Shown here: piece by piece, positions 1 to 8,894 of the stretch
How positions within the stretch are numbered: position 1 is the stretch's first letter
Layout of the letters: each line of letters opens with the position of its first letter
NCBI GenBank assembly: GCA_019313915.1
Contig: JAFDAJ010000008.1
Coordinates: 5,973 to 69,972 of the forward strand
Source of the DNA: Deltaproteobacteria bacterium
GTDB lineage: Bacteria > Myxococcota_A > Polyangia > Polyangiales > Houyiibacteriaceae
Direction of reading: 5' to 3'
Length of the DNA stretch: 64,000 bases
Program-made: the position numbers and the translations under genes
Notes under the pieces: generated by a model
The model's database searches: none
Told to the model about the DNA's origin: nothing
What the model saw: the letters and a program-made list of their open reading frames with translations, nothing else

Positions 1-1
1 A

Positions 2-1411
2 CCGCAGCGCGTCATTGCATGTACAGCAACCGCCACGCCCATCGTGCGGCGTGAGATTCAAGAGCGTCTAGGCCTGGGCTCCGAGCGGAGCGCGGTCATT
101 CTTCGGGGCTTCTCGAGGCCGAACCTCCATCTGGCGGTCGTCGAGAGCGACAGCTCGACGGAGCGGCGCAAGCTGATGCTCGGTGCGCTTCGCAGTGCGC
201 TCGGTGGGCCCGAGAGCCCGCAGGGCGGCGCCATCGTGTATGCGGCGACACGGCGCAACACCGAGAAGCTCGCGGACATACTAGCCAAGGACGGCTGGCA
301 CGTGGCCGCGTACCACGCAGGGCTTTCCGCTTCCGTGCGAGAGAAGGTCAATGAACGTTTCTCCGATCGCTCCCTCGACGTCGTGGTCGCCACCAACGCT
401 TTCGGAATGGGCATCGACCGGGCCGACATCCGGACCGTCGTGCACGCGCAGGCGCCCGGGTCGGTCGAGGCGTACTATCAGGAGGTCGGACGCGCGGGGC
501 GTGACGGACAGCCGGCTCATGGTCTCTTGCTGACGAGCTCCGGAGATTTGGGGCTTCGGCGCCGCTTGATCGGCTTCAGCGGCGGGCGAGATCCTGGTAG
601 CGCTCCTGATTCGGAGCACGTGCAGCAGCAGTGGCGCCTGTTCCTCGATCTGATGCGTTACGTCGAAGCGGGAAGCTGCCGTCACGACTTCATCCTGCGC
701 TACTTCGGTGACGAACAAGAAACGCTGGGTGGCTGCGGTCATTGCGATGTGTGCGAGCGTCTCGAGGAACGAGGCGAGGACGGAGCCGAGCGCAGCGCAT
801 CCGAAGAAGAGGCGCTGATGGTGCGCAAGGCTCTGGCCGGTGTCGCTCGCAACCAAGGGCGTGCGGGGCTGACCGCAGTCTCGGACATGCTTCATGGAAC
901 GGACAACGAACGCCTGCGCCGCCTGGGCCTGACCGAGCTCACGACGCACGCGCTGCTCAAAGACCACCCGAAGGCATGGGTGCTCGCGCTCCTCAGGCGG
1001 TTGATCACCGCGGGCTTGGTCGACCTCACGACCAGCGAGTTTCCGACTCCATACCTGACGGCTCTCGGCATCGCCACCATGAAGGATGAAGAGCCGGTTC
1101 GCGTCCTCGTTCCAGCACCTGACGCGGGCCGTGCGCGAGCGGCCAAGAAGGAGCGCCGACGGTCCGCGCGCGAGCTTCCGGATGACGTCGACTCATCGCT
1201 CTTCGACAGCCTGCGTTCTAAGAGGCTCGACATCGCGCGCGCGAAGGGCGTCCCCGCCTACGTGATTTGCCACGACCGAACCCTTCTTGAAATAGCCGCC
1301 TACAAACCGACGTCGATGGAAGCGCTTGCCGATATCTTTGGGATGGGTCCCGCGCGGATCGAGAACTACGGAGAGCCGTTCTTGGAAACCGTGAACGCCC
1401 ACGCCCCGTAG
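2..1411 (+). CDS. recQ: ATP-dependent DNA helicase RecQ, C-terminal ~470 aa (5' end is upstream of the window)
   Basis: Frame is open back to nt 2 (PQRVIACTATATPIV...). Helicase C-domain motifs VATNAFGMGIDRADIRTVVH and QEVGRAGRDG. Zn-binding Cys cluster (CRHD...CGHCDVC). C-terminal HRDC-like segment (LFDSLRSKRLDIARAKGVPAYVICHDRTLLEIA). Confidence 0.9.
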   Translation, partial: PQRVIACTATATPIVRREIQERLGLGSERSAVILRGFSRPNLHLAVVESDSSTERRKLMLGALRSALGGPESPQGGAIVYAATRRNTEKLADILAKDGWHVAAYHAGLSASVREKVNERFSDRSLDVVVATNAFGMGIDRADIRTVVHAQAPGSVEAYYQEVGRAGRDGQPAHGLLLTSSGDLGLRRRLIGFSGGRDPGSAPDSEHVQQQWRLFLDLMRYVEAGSCRHDFILRYFGDEQETLGGCGHCDVCERLEERGEDGAERSASEEEALMVRKALAGVARNQGRAGLTAVSDMLHGTDNERLRRLGLTELTTHALLKDHPKAWVLALLRRLITAGLVDLTTSEFPTPYLTALGIATMKDEEPVRVLVPAPDAGRARAAKKERRRSARELPDDVDSSLFDSLRSKRLDIARAKGVPAYVICHDRTLLEIAAYKPTSMEALADIFGMGPARIENYGEPFLETVNAHAP

Positions 1412-2238
1412 CCGACGACCTCACCGCGGCCGCCCGCCGTGTCACCCGAGCTTCGTAGATCCAAAGTGTTCGCGACGAGTGAGTGTCGCTGCGCGGCCTC
1501 CAACAGCCCCTGCACGCCAATGCAGCCACAAGCGTCCTCCTGGGCGAGGCGCTCCGGATCCAAGGCTTCGATGGCGCTAGCGGTGGCTGCGTCCATGCGC
1601 TTTGCGGTGTCGTAGTCGTGGTAGTGGCTCAAGTCCGAGCTGATCACCACTAAGGTCTCGTCTCCACCCCAGAGCGTTTCCAACGCTTCGGTGACTTGCT
1701 CTGGAGTCGCGCGTCCTATTGCGATCGGAAGGACCGTGAAGGCGCCAAGCGCTTCCTGCAGAAACGGGAGCTGAACCTCGAGGGAATGCTCCCAATGGTG
1801 GGCGTCGTCGAGGACGTTCGCGAAGGGGAGCTCGCGCAATAGGCGGCGCGCGCTTTCGTCGATCGGCACACGACCGAGAGGCGTTTCGAAGACTGCGTTG
1901 CTAGGGACGGCAAGGCCATCGAAGGCGACATGATGGCTCGGACCGAGGAGCACGACGCGCTGGACAATTCCGCGGGACGGTTCGAGCAGGACGAACGCAT
2001 GCGCCGCAACTGGTCCCGAGTACATATAGCCCGCGTGCGGCACGATGATCGCTTTGGGCCACACGCTGTTCACTTGCGTGAAAGTGACAGGGGTGTCTGG
2101 CGCGAGATCTCGGCGCGCATTTTCGAGATACTCCCGAATCACGGCGCGCAACGCGTCCGCGCCTGCCGGATAGAAGGAACCCGCCACTGCCGGGGGTCGA
2201 ACAATCGCCACATCGTGACTCTGCGCACGACGCATCAC
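1366..2238 (-). CDS. amrB: AmmeMemoRadiSam system protein B (Memo-like)
   Basis: N-terminal VRPPAVAGSFYP, IIVPHAGYMYSGPVAAHAF, LGPSHH and SSDLSHYH motifs typical of Memo/AmrB. The 3' end overlaps the recQ 3' end convergently. Confidence 0.8.
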   Translation of the reverse strand: MMRRAQSHDVAIVRPPAVAGSFYPAGADALRAVIREYLENARRDLAPDTPVTFTQVNSVWPKAIIVPHAGYMYSGPVAAHAFVLLEPSRGIVQRVVLLGPSHHVAFDGLAVPSNAVFETPLGRVPIDESARRLLRELPFANVLDDAHHWEHSLEVQLPFLQEALGAFTVLPIAIGRATPEQVTEALETLWGGDETLVVISSDLSHYHDYDTAKRMDAATASAIEALDPERLAQEDACGCIGVQGLLEAAQRHSLVANTLDLRSSGDTAGGRGEVVGYGAWAFTVSKNGSP

Positions 2239-2297
2239 TTGTCAATGTCGCGCCACCGAGCTTGTCAGCGGACCAACTCGTGCGCATCGTGCCGGTG

Positions 2298-3398
2298 ATG
2301 GGGAGGGCAGCAACATCGACCGTACAGACTGAGTATTGGAGCGAGCTCGACGACGGGAGGGTCGTTTGTGAGCTTTGTCCGCGTGCATGCAAGCTCAACG
2401 AAGGGCAGCGCGGCCTGTGCTTCGTGCGGGCCCGCGAAAATGATGGGATCGTGCTTACGACCTATGGTCGCTCCAGTGGCTTTGCGGTGGATCCGATCGA
2501 GAAAAAGCCTCTCAACCACTTCTTCCCCGGAACGCCTGTCTTCTCGTTTGGAACTGCGGGCTGCAACTTGACCTGCAAGTTTTGCCAGAACTGGGACATC
2601 TCGAAGTCGCGAAAGATGGACACGCTTGCCGATTCGGCCAGCCCCGACGAGATTGCAGATGCGGCGGAGCGCCTCGGCTGTCGCAGTGTCGCCTTCACCT
2701 ACAACGATCCAGTTATTTTTCTCGAATACGCGCGGGATGTGGCGGCCGCTTGCCACGACCGCGGCGTCCGCACCGTTGCGGTGACCGCAGGCTACGTCAA
2801 CGCCGAGCCACGGGAGGAGTTCTTCTCGTTCATCGACGCCGCGAACATCGACTTGAAGGCGTTCGACGAGGACTTCTACCGCCGCGTTGCCGGTGCTCAT
2901 CTCGAGCCGGTGCTCAACACGTTGCGCTATCTGCGGCACGAAACCGACCTCTGGTTCGAGATCACGAACCTCGTGATCCCCGGGTACAACGACGCGGAAG
3001 ACGACATCCGCCGGATGGTCGACTGGATTGTCCAGGAGCTCGGACCGGACGTGCCGCTTCACTTCTCGGCGTTCCACCCGAGCTACAAGATGCGCGACGT
3101 GCCGCCGACGCCACGGGCCACGCTGAGGCGCGCGAGGGGTATCGCCAAGCAGGCGGGCATTCACCATGTCTACACTGGCAACGTTCACGACAGCGAGGGC
3201 GACACCACGTATTGCGCGAAGTGCGGGAGCGTGCTGATTGCCCGCGATTGGTATGAGGTCATTGCATGGAACCTCGAGGACGGAGCCTGCCCGGAATGCG
3301 ACGCCCGTTGCCCCGGGGTCTTCGAGCCTGACCCAGGCACCTGGGGCGCACGCCGCCTGTCGGTGAAGATGAGGCCGGACGGAATCGCGCTCTCGTAG
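2298..3398 (+). CDS. amrS: AmmeMemoRadiSam system radical SAM enzyme
   Basis: CNLTCKFCQNWDISKS radical-SAM CxxxCxxC motif. N-terminal CELCPRAC and C-terminal CAKCGS...CPECDARC Cys clusters. The ORF opens at TTG 2262, but I prefer ATG 2298 (MGRAATSTVQTEYWSELDDGRVVC). The start is uncertain. Confidence 0.85.
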   Translation: MGRAATSTVQTEYWSELDDGRVVCELCPRACKLNEGQRGLCFVRARENDGIVLTTYGRSSGFAVDPIEKKPLNHFFPGTPVFSFGTAGCNLTCKFCQNWDISKSRKMDTLADSASPDEIADAAERLGCRSVAFTYNDPVIFLEYARDVAAACHDRGVRTVAVTAGYVNAEPREEFFSFIDAANIDLKAFDEDFYRRVAGAHLEPVLNTLRYLRHETDLWFEITNLVIPGYNDAEDDIRRMVDWIVQELGPDVPLHFSAFHPSYKMRDVPPTPRATLRRARGIAKQAGIHHVYTGNVHDSEGDTTYCAKCGSVLIARDWYEVIAWNLEDGACPECDARCPGVFEPDPGTWGARRLSVKMRPDGIALS

Positions 3399-3410
3399 AA
3401 CGCAGCGCGC

Positions 3411-4307
3411 TTACGCTGCCGCGACCTTCTCTTGTGGCGGCGTCAGGGCCTTTCCCAAGAAATCGAGGACTGCGCGAATCCGCGCGCTGTCGCGTAGGTC
3501 TTTGTGAACCGCCTGCCAAATTTGGCGAGGCTCTGGGGCGCCCTCGACAGGCACTCGCACGAGGTGACGATCGTGGTCGGCGACGAGGCAAGGGAGTAGA
3601 CCGATCCCCGTTCCGCCAACCGTAGCCGAGTAGGTGGCGGACACGCTATCCGAGCGCAGCGCAACGCGGGCGCCATCCATGCGCGCTTCGATCCATTCGT
3701 TTTCACGGCGGAACGGAGGGGTGTTCGCGAAGAGGATCATCTGGTGTCCGGCCAATGACTCGTTCGGAAGGCCGAAGCGATCAACATAGTCGAGCGACGC
3801 ATACAGCCCGAGGTGGATGAACGAGAGGCGCTTGATGATGAGGTCCTCTTGCGTCGGGCGAGCGAGACGAAGCGCGATGTCGGCTTCACGGCGCGCGAGG
3901 TTGACGTCCAAGTTCGTACACTGCAGCTCGAGTTGGATCTCCGGATAGCGCTCGCGGAATCGACGAAGTTGCGGAGCGATGAATCGCGTCGTGAGCATCT
4001 CGGTGGCCGTGAGTCGAACCACACCTTCTAGTTTCTTGTCTTCGCCGGCAACGTCACGCTCGACGCCGAGTGCTTCGCGTTCGATTCGCTCCGCTCGAGG
4101 GAGCAATCGGTGACCGGCGTCGGTCAACACATAGCCGTTGGGCGTTCGGTCGAAGAGGCGAGCGCCGAGCTCATCTTCGAGCTTCACCAATCGCCGACCG
4201 ACGGTGGTGGGGTCCAGCGTTAATGCAGCCCCGGCTGCAGCCAAGGTCGCGTGGCGCTGAAGCGTCAGGAAATAACGCACATCGTCCCAATCGAACATCA
4301 ACTGCAT
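3411..4307 (-). CDS. LysR-family transcriptional regulator
   Basis: N-terminal winged HTH (DDVRYFLTLQRHATLAAAGAALTLDPTTVGRRLVKLEDELGARLFDR) plus a LysR substrate-binding-like C-terminal half. Start chosen at MQLMFDWDD; the ORF is open to 4340. Confidence 0.85.
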   Translation of the reverse strand: MQLMFDWDDVRYFLTLQRHATLAAAGAALTLDPTTVGRRLVKLEDELGARLFDRTPNGYVLTDAGHRLLPRAERIEREALGVERDVAGEDKKLEGVVRLTATEMLTTRFIAPQLRRFRERYPEIQLELQCTNLDVNLARREADIALRLARPTQEDLIIKRLSFIHLGLYASLDYVDRFGLPNESLAGHQMILFANTPPFRRENEWIEARMDGARVALRSDSVSATYSATVGGTGIGLLPCLVADHDRHLVRVPVEGAPEPRQIWQAVHKDLRDSARIRAVLDFLGKALTPPQEKVAAA

Positions 4308-4316
4308 CGTCGCAGC

Positions 4317-4335
4317 GTTGCCTGAGGGACGCAAC
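4317..4335. promoter_or_regulatory. Dyad GTTGC-N9-GCAAC just upstream of the LysR start; candidate LysR-type box
   Basis: Read directly: GTTGC (4317-4321), 9-nt spacer, GCAAC (4331-4335), in the divergent spacer between the LysR gene and the 62-aa ORF. Function is inferred only. Confidence 0.2.
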
Positions 4336-4417
4336 TGCAAAAGTGCGCTTCAAGGCTGCGCCTAAAGGGCCTGATTCGGCGCTAAGTTGTTCATATGACG
4401 CCTGAAAGGAGTCGATC

Positions 4418-4606
4418 ATGCACACGCTAAAGCAAATGGACCCCAAGCTCTACGCGGAAGTCATTCGGAAGCAGGCGCAGGTCTGGGACGATCTGATCGC
4501 GGCGTTCACAGATACATGGGACCGCTTGTTCCAACCGCTGTGGACGGCGGAAAACAGAGTCTCGGTCGACGATGTCCTCGCGGATCTTGCGTATGGAAGA
4601 GACTAG
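4418..4606 (+). CDS. Small hypothetical protein (62 aa)
   Basis: ATG preceded by a strong AAAGGAG Shine-Dalgarno. Divergent from LysR. Visibly lower GC than its neighbours. No recognisable motif. Confidence 0.4.
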   Translation: MHTLKQMDPKLYAEVIRKQAQVWDDLIAAFTDTWDRLFQPLWTAENRVSVDDVLADLAYGRD

Positions 4607-4703
4607 CTAGAAACCTAGTGAAAAGTGTGAAATTTCAACAGGTCACGACAGTGACTGCATAAAAATCTGCTAGCATAGGACTTCGGGTGTTCGGAGGGAA
4701 CCG

Positions 4704-7700
4704 ATGATTGGACCTATGCGTACTTGGCTCGCGGTGTGTGTCGGGGTTTGGATGATGACCAGCGGCTGTGGGCGAGGAACCAGCGTCAACGGGCGCATGG
4801 CTCCGGAGATCACGTCAACGCCGCCTGGTACGGCCACGGTTGGCGTTCCGTTCAACTACACGGTGAACGCTGGTGGAATGACGCCGATTGCTTTCGCCGT
4901 GGTGTCAGGCCCGGAAGAGTTCGCGCTCCATCCCACGAGCGGTGTCGTGACCTGGACACCGCAGAGCGAGGGCCTCGTTGCGATAGAGATCCGTGCAACG
5001 AATCTGGCTGGAAGCGACACACAAGCGTTTGAGGTCGATGTCCAGGACTTGAACGCACCGGTCTTCATCACGGAGCCCCCGACCGAGGCGACCGTCGCCG
5101 CAGAGTACGCGTATGATCCCGATGTCGTCGCCAATGGTGACGTTTTATGGAGCGCACCCGTGGCTCCCGTCGGACTGACGATCGATCCCGAGACAGGTGC
5201 CGTGCGTTGGACACCCACCGCCGATCAGGCTGGCCCCCAAGACGTCACGATCCGTGCGGCCGAGGTGGACGGCGGCGCGTTCACAGATCAAGCGTTCACG
5301 GTTGATGTCGAGGATACCGGCGGCCCCGCCGTGATCACGTCGACGCCCCCCGAGCGCGTGTATTCCGGGGAAGTGCTTCGGTACGACGCGACCGCATCGG
5401 GTGCGCCGACGATTCGATGGACGGTGAATACACCATCGGCCGGAACGCCGGCCACCGGCGTGACGATTGTGACGAGCCCGCCTGAAGGGGCAGCGGTGAC
5501 AGTCGAGTGGGATGCGGCCGGCGTGGCGCCGGGTGACTATCGCATTGCGCTGCAGGGCGATAACGGCCTCGGCGATCCGAACGTCCAGGAGTTCACCGTG
5601 ACGGTGGATTCGCGCCCGGCGGTTCCGGAGATCGACCTGGTGACGGCGCCACCGCCCTCAACGATGTTCGTGGGAACGGTATACAACTATGACGTCAACC
5701 TCACACCCGAGAGCGAGAGCGCCGGCGTAGTGTGGAGTCTCGTTGGATCAACCATCCCAGCGGACCTGGCGATCACCGTCGACCCTGACACCGGAGAGGT
5801 GAGCTTCACGGCGCCGGAGGCGAACGGCGAGGTCGCGTACAGCTACATCGTGCGGGCGCAGAACGTGCTCGATGAGGGCGACGAAGAGACGATCTCCGTC
5901 GATGCGGTCTACCCGCCGGCGACTCCGATGCTCACCGTCACGCCGGACACGACGTTCACGCTCGAGGTCGGGGAAGCCTTCCCAGGCGCCTCCGCCATGG
6001 CCACCGGCCAACCCGCACCCGTTTTGACGATCGTTGGCACGCTCCCACGCTTCTTGGATTTTGATCCGCTGACGGGCCTGCTCTCTGCGTCTACGACTAA
6101 TCCGGCTCCTGAGGAAACGGATATCGGTGATCACTCGTTTGACATCGTGGCGACCAATGTCGAGGGAATGGATAGCGCCACGGTCGACATCACGGTCATC
6201 GCCGCACCGCCCGGCGTCGACTCGATCACACCGGCCGCAGGTCGCCGCCAATCCGCCGTTCCAGTCGTCGTTCGCGGCGGCGGGTTCGTGAGCGCAGCAG
6301 CGCCGGTGATTCGTCTCGAGCTCGGGGGATACACCGAGACCCTGACGACCGTGTTCATAGATGACTCCACACTCAGTGCGATAGTCCCGGTCGACGTCGG
6401 CCGTCCGTCAGGCGTGTACGACGTCGTGGTCGACCAGGGATCGACAACCAGCCTCGCGAAGCGCTTCACGGTCACCCGAGGCGATGGTTCGACCCTGAGC
6501 GGGACCATCAGCGCGGACGTCACGCTTGCGGCAATTGACAGCCCTCACGTTGTAATCAGTGACGTGCGAATCGAAAATGGTGCGACCGTGACACTCGAGC
6601 CGGGCGCAGTCGTGATGTTTGCCGGCAATACGAATCTGCGCATGGATGTCGGTGCCAACAGTGCCGGGGCGCTGGTGGCAAACGGCGGAGATCCCGGCGT
6701 GGGTGACCAAATCGTCTTCACGCGCTTCCAAGAGGTCGGCGGTTCAACGCCGAGCGGCCACTACAGAGGCCTTCGATTCGGCGCCAACATCATTTCCGCA
6801 GCAACGATGCTTCGGAACGCGGTGGTAGAGTTTGGTGGACGGCGAAACACAGACACCGAGCGCGGTGCAGTCGAGGCGGTCAGCGGGTCCGCACCGGTCA
6901 TCCAGCGCACGATCATCCGAGAGAGCTTGAACTACGGCCTCTTTGCACAGTCGGGGGCGGGTTCGGATTCGGTGGATTGGTTCGCGGACAACCAACTCAC
7001 CGGGAACGGGCGCTCGCCGATTAGCATTGGCTCAGACGACGTTTCTACGCTGGGTGCGAATCTCGCGCTCACGGGCAACGGCGAGGATCGGATCTTCGTG
7101 CGGGGTTCGATCGTCAGCAGAGCGAACGCCGCATGGACGAACCACGGCGTGCCATTCTACCTGAGGAACGGCATCTCCGTCCGAGGTGGGAGCACGATGA
7201 CTCTCACACCCGGCACCGAAATGCGGTTTGCGGCAGGCAGGCGCCTCCAAGTATCGACCGGCACGGAGCAGGGCACGGTAGTCGCCTTGGGAACTCCCGA
7301 AATGCCGATCCGCATGGTCGCCGATGGCGCCGCATGGAATGGCGTTGAGCTCGATGGCCTCATTCAGGCGGGCACCGTCCTACGCAACGTGCAGGTCCAG
7401 GGCTTCAGCGGTGCTGTCAACGGCGGCCTTCGACTCGATAATCCGGGTAACCCGGGCGACCGCGTCGCCATCATCGAGAACTGTCTCGTTCAGAGCGGCG
7501 ATGCAGGCTCGGTGGGCGTCTACCTTGCCGGCAGTGCACGCGTGAGATCGTTCGAGAACAATGTGCTCGACGTGGCTGGCATCTCCGTCAGTGCCGCACT
7601 AGGCGGCTTCGACGACGTTCTGAGAACGTCGAATACGTACGAGGCACCACTGCGTGTCCGGGGCAGCACGATCACAGGCGAGGAGATGGTGTGGAGCAGA

Positions 7701-8846
7701 CCCGCGGCGAGCGACGCTTCGACGCAGCCTATTCGGCCTACAGGGGGCCTGACAGTGGCAAATGGATCGCTGACGATCGATGCGGGCAACCAAATCGAGA
7801 TGCCACTCAACGGGAACCTCACGATGGTAGACAGCCAACTAGTGGTCGACGGAACGGCGAGCGACCCTGTGGTGTTCGCGCCTGTGGCGGGCTCTGCGTA
7901 CTGGAACCGGATTCGTTTGCGCGGATCGGGCGGCGCCGGCACATCGCGGATCAGTCACGCCGTAATGGAAAGTGCTGGTTCGGACCCGGGTCTGAGTACA
8001 GCGTCCTCGCGCGCCACAATCGTGGTGGAAAGCAGCGGGGGCGTTCCCGCGACCCCCGCCGTCTCGAACACCGTGATCATGAACAGCAACGGATACGGTA
8101 TGACGTTTGCCAACTCCACGCATTGCGGGGCTGGGTGCAACGACAACACCGTCGTGGGGTCGCGCTTCTCCGCGGTCCGCATTCACGCAAACTTCATCGG
8201 CCGCTTCGGCACGGGCAACTCCTTGGCCGGCAACAACACCTCCGGGACGTTGGGTCATGAAGGCGTGTGGGTTGTCGCCGCCAGTGTCGACAAGACGGCG
8301 ACCTGGCCAGCCAATGACGTTCCGTACGTGGTGCAAGGCAATATCGAGGTGCGGCGATCGAACCCTTTGGAGCCGCTTCCGGTACTGACGATCGAGCCCG
8401 GGGCCGAGCTTCGGTTCGCGAGCGATTCTCGATTGCGCGTGGGCGATGGGAACGACGGCGCGCTGGATGCGCGCGGCACCAGCTCTGAGCCGATCATCTT
8501 CACGAGCCTGGACACCATCTCGCCGGTATTCTGGCGCGGCATCGACTTCAGCCAGGGGTCGGGCGGCTCGATGCTCGATTGGGTGGTTGTCTCGTATGGG
8601 GGACGCAGCGCGAATACCGGCAACGTCAATTTCCGATCGGGCTCGGACGTCATGGTCGGGGTGGCCACGTTCACCCACTCCGAGGACTACGCCGCGGTGA
8701 TCTACTCGGGCTCTGCTCCGATGTTCACTGGTCCGCCGAGCGACCGGGTCTACACGCTCAACGGTCAACAATCGAATCCCGGCGCAGGGGACCCAGCCTT
8801 CGACTGCGTGCGTGACGTCGCAGCCAGCATTTGCACTCAGCCGTAG
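4704..8846 (+). CDS. Giant surface lipoprotein: five Ig-like repeats, an IPT/TIG-like domain and repeated parallel beta-helix-like modules
   Basis: GGAGGG Shine-Dalgarno 5 nt before the ATG. Lipobox (VWMMTSGCG). Five ~95-aa repeats of the type ITSTPPxxATVGxxYxY...TGxVxWTP. IPT-like VDSITPAAGRRQSAVPVVVRGGGF. At least four modules of the type TLxPGxxxxFxxxxxLxV...G...PIxFT. Confidence 0.85.
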   Translation: MIGPMRTWLAVCVGVWMMTSGCGRGTSVNGRMAPEITSTPPGTATVGVPFNYTVNAGGMTPIAFAVVSGPEEFALHPTSGVVTWTPQSEGLVAIEIRATNLAGSDTQAFEVDVQDLNAPVFITEPPTEATVAAEYAYDPDVVANGDVLWSAPVAPVGLTIDPETGAVRWTPTADQAGPQDVTIRAAEVDGGAFTDQAFTVDVEDTGGPAVITSTPPERVYSGEVLRYDATASGAPTIRWTVNTPSAGTPATGVTIVTSPPEGAAVTVEWDAAGVAPGDYRIALQGDNGLGDPNVQEFTVTVDSRPAVPEIDLVTAPPPSTMFVGTVYNYDVNLTPESESAGVVWSLVGSTIPADLAITVDPDTGEVSFTAPEANGEVAYSYIVRAQNVLDEGDEETISVDAVYPPATPMLTVTPDTTFTLEVGEAFPGASAMATGQPAPVLTIVGTLPRFLDFDPLTGLLSASTTNPAPEETDIGDHSFDIVATNVEGMDSATVDITVIAAPPGVDSITPAAGRRQSAVPVVVRGGGFVSAAAPVIRLELGGYTETLTTVFIDDSTLSAIVPVDVGRPSGVYDVVVDQGSTTSLAKRFTVTRGDGSTLSGTISADVTLAAIDSPHVVISDVRIENGATVTLEPGAVVMFAGNTNLRMDVGANSAGALVANGGDPGVGDQIVFTRFQEVGGSTPSGHYRGLRFGANIISAATMLRNAVVEFGGRRNTDTERGAVEAVSGSAPVIQRTIIRESLNYGLFAQSGAGSDSVDWFADNQLTGNGRSPISIGSDDVSTLGANLALTGNGEDRIFVRGSIVSRANAAWTNHGVPFYLRNGISVRGGSTMTLTPGTEMRFAAGRRLQVSTGTEQGTVVALGTPEMPIRMVADGAAWNGVELDGLIQAGTVLRNVQVQGFSGAVNGGLRLDNPGNPGDRVAIIENCLVQSGDAGSVGVYLAGSARVRSFENNVLDVAGISVSAALGGFDDVLRTSNTYEAPLRVRGSTITGEEMVWSRPAASDASTQPIRPTGGLTVANGSLTIDAGNQIEMPLNGNLTMVDSQLVVDGTASDPVVFAPVAGSAYWNRIRLRGSGGAGTSRISHAVMESAGSDPGLSTASSRATIVVESSGGVPATPAVSNTVIMNSNGYGMTFANSTHCGAGCNDNTVVGSRFSAVRIHANFIGRFGTGNSLAGNNTSGTLGHEGVWVVAASVDKTATWPANDVPYVVQGNIEVRRSNPLEPLPVLTIEPGAELRFASDSRLRVGDGNDGALDARGTSSEPIIFTSLDTISPVFWRGIDFSQGSGGSMLDWVVVSYGGRSANTGNVNFRSGSDVMVGVATFTHSEDYAAVIYSGSAPMFTGPPSDRVYTLNGQQSNPGAGDPAFDCVRDVAASICTQP

Positions 8847-8894
8847 CTGCCGGACCTTGCACCGCTAGATCGGCTCTCCTACGCTCCCCTCTTA

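Noticed and set aside
2262-2297. TTG start at 2262 for the radical SAM gene, as in the ORF track.
   Set aside because: TTG is a rare initiator, and the extra 12 aa precede the conserved N-terminal region. ATG 2298 is preferred, although I cannot exclude GTG 2295 or TTG 2262.
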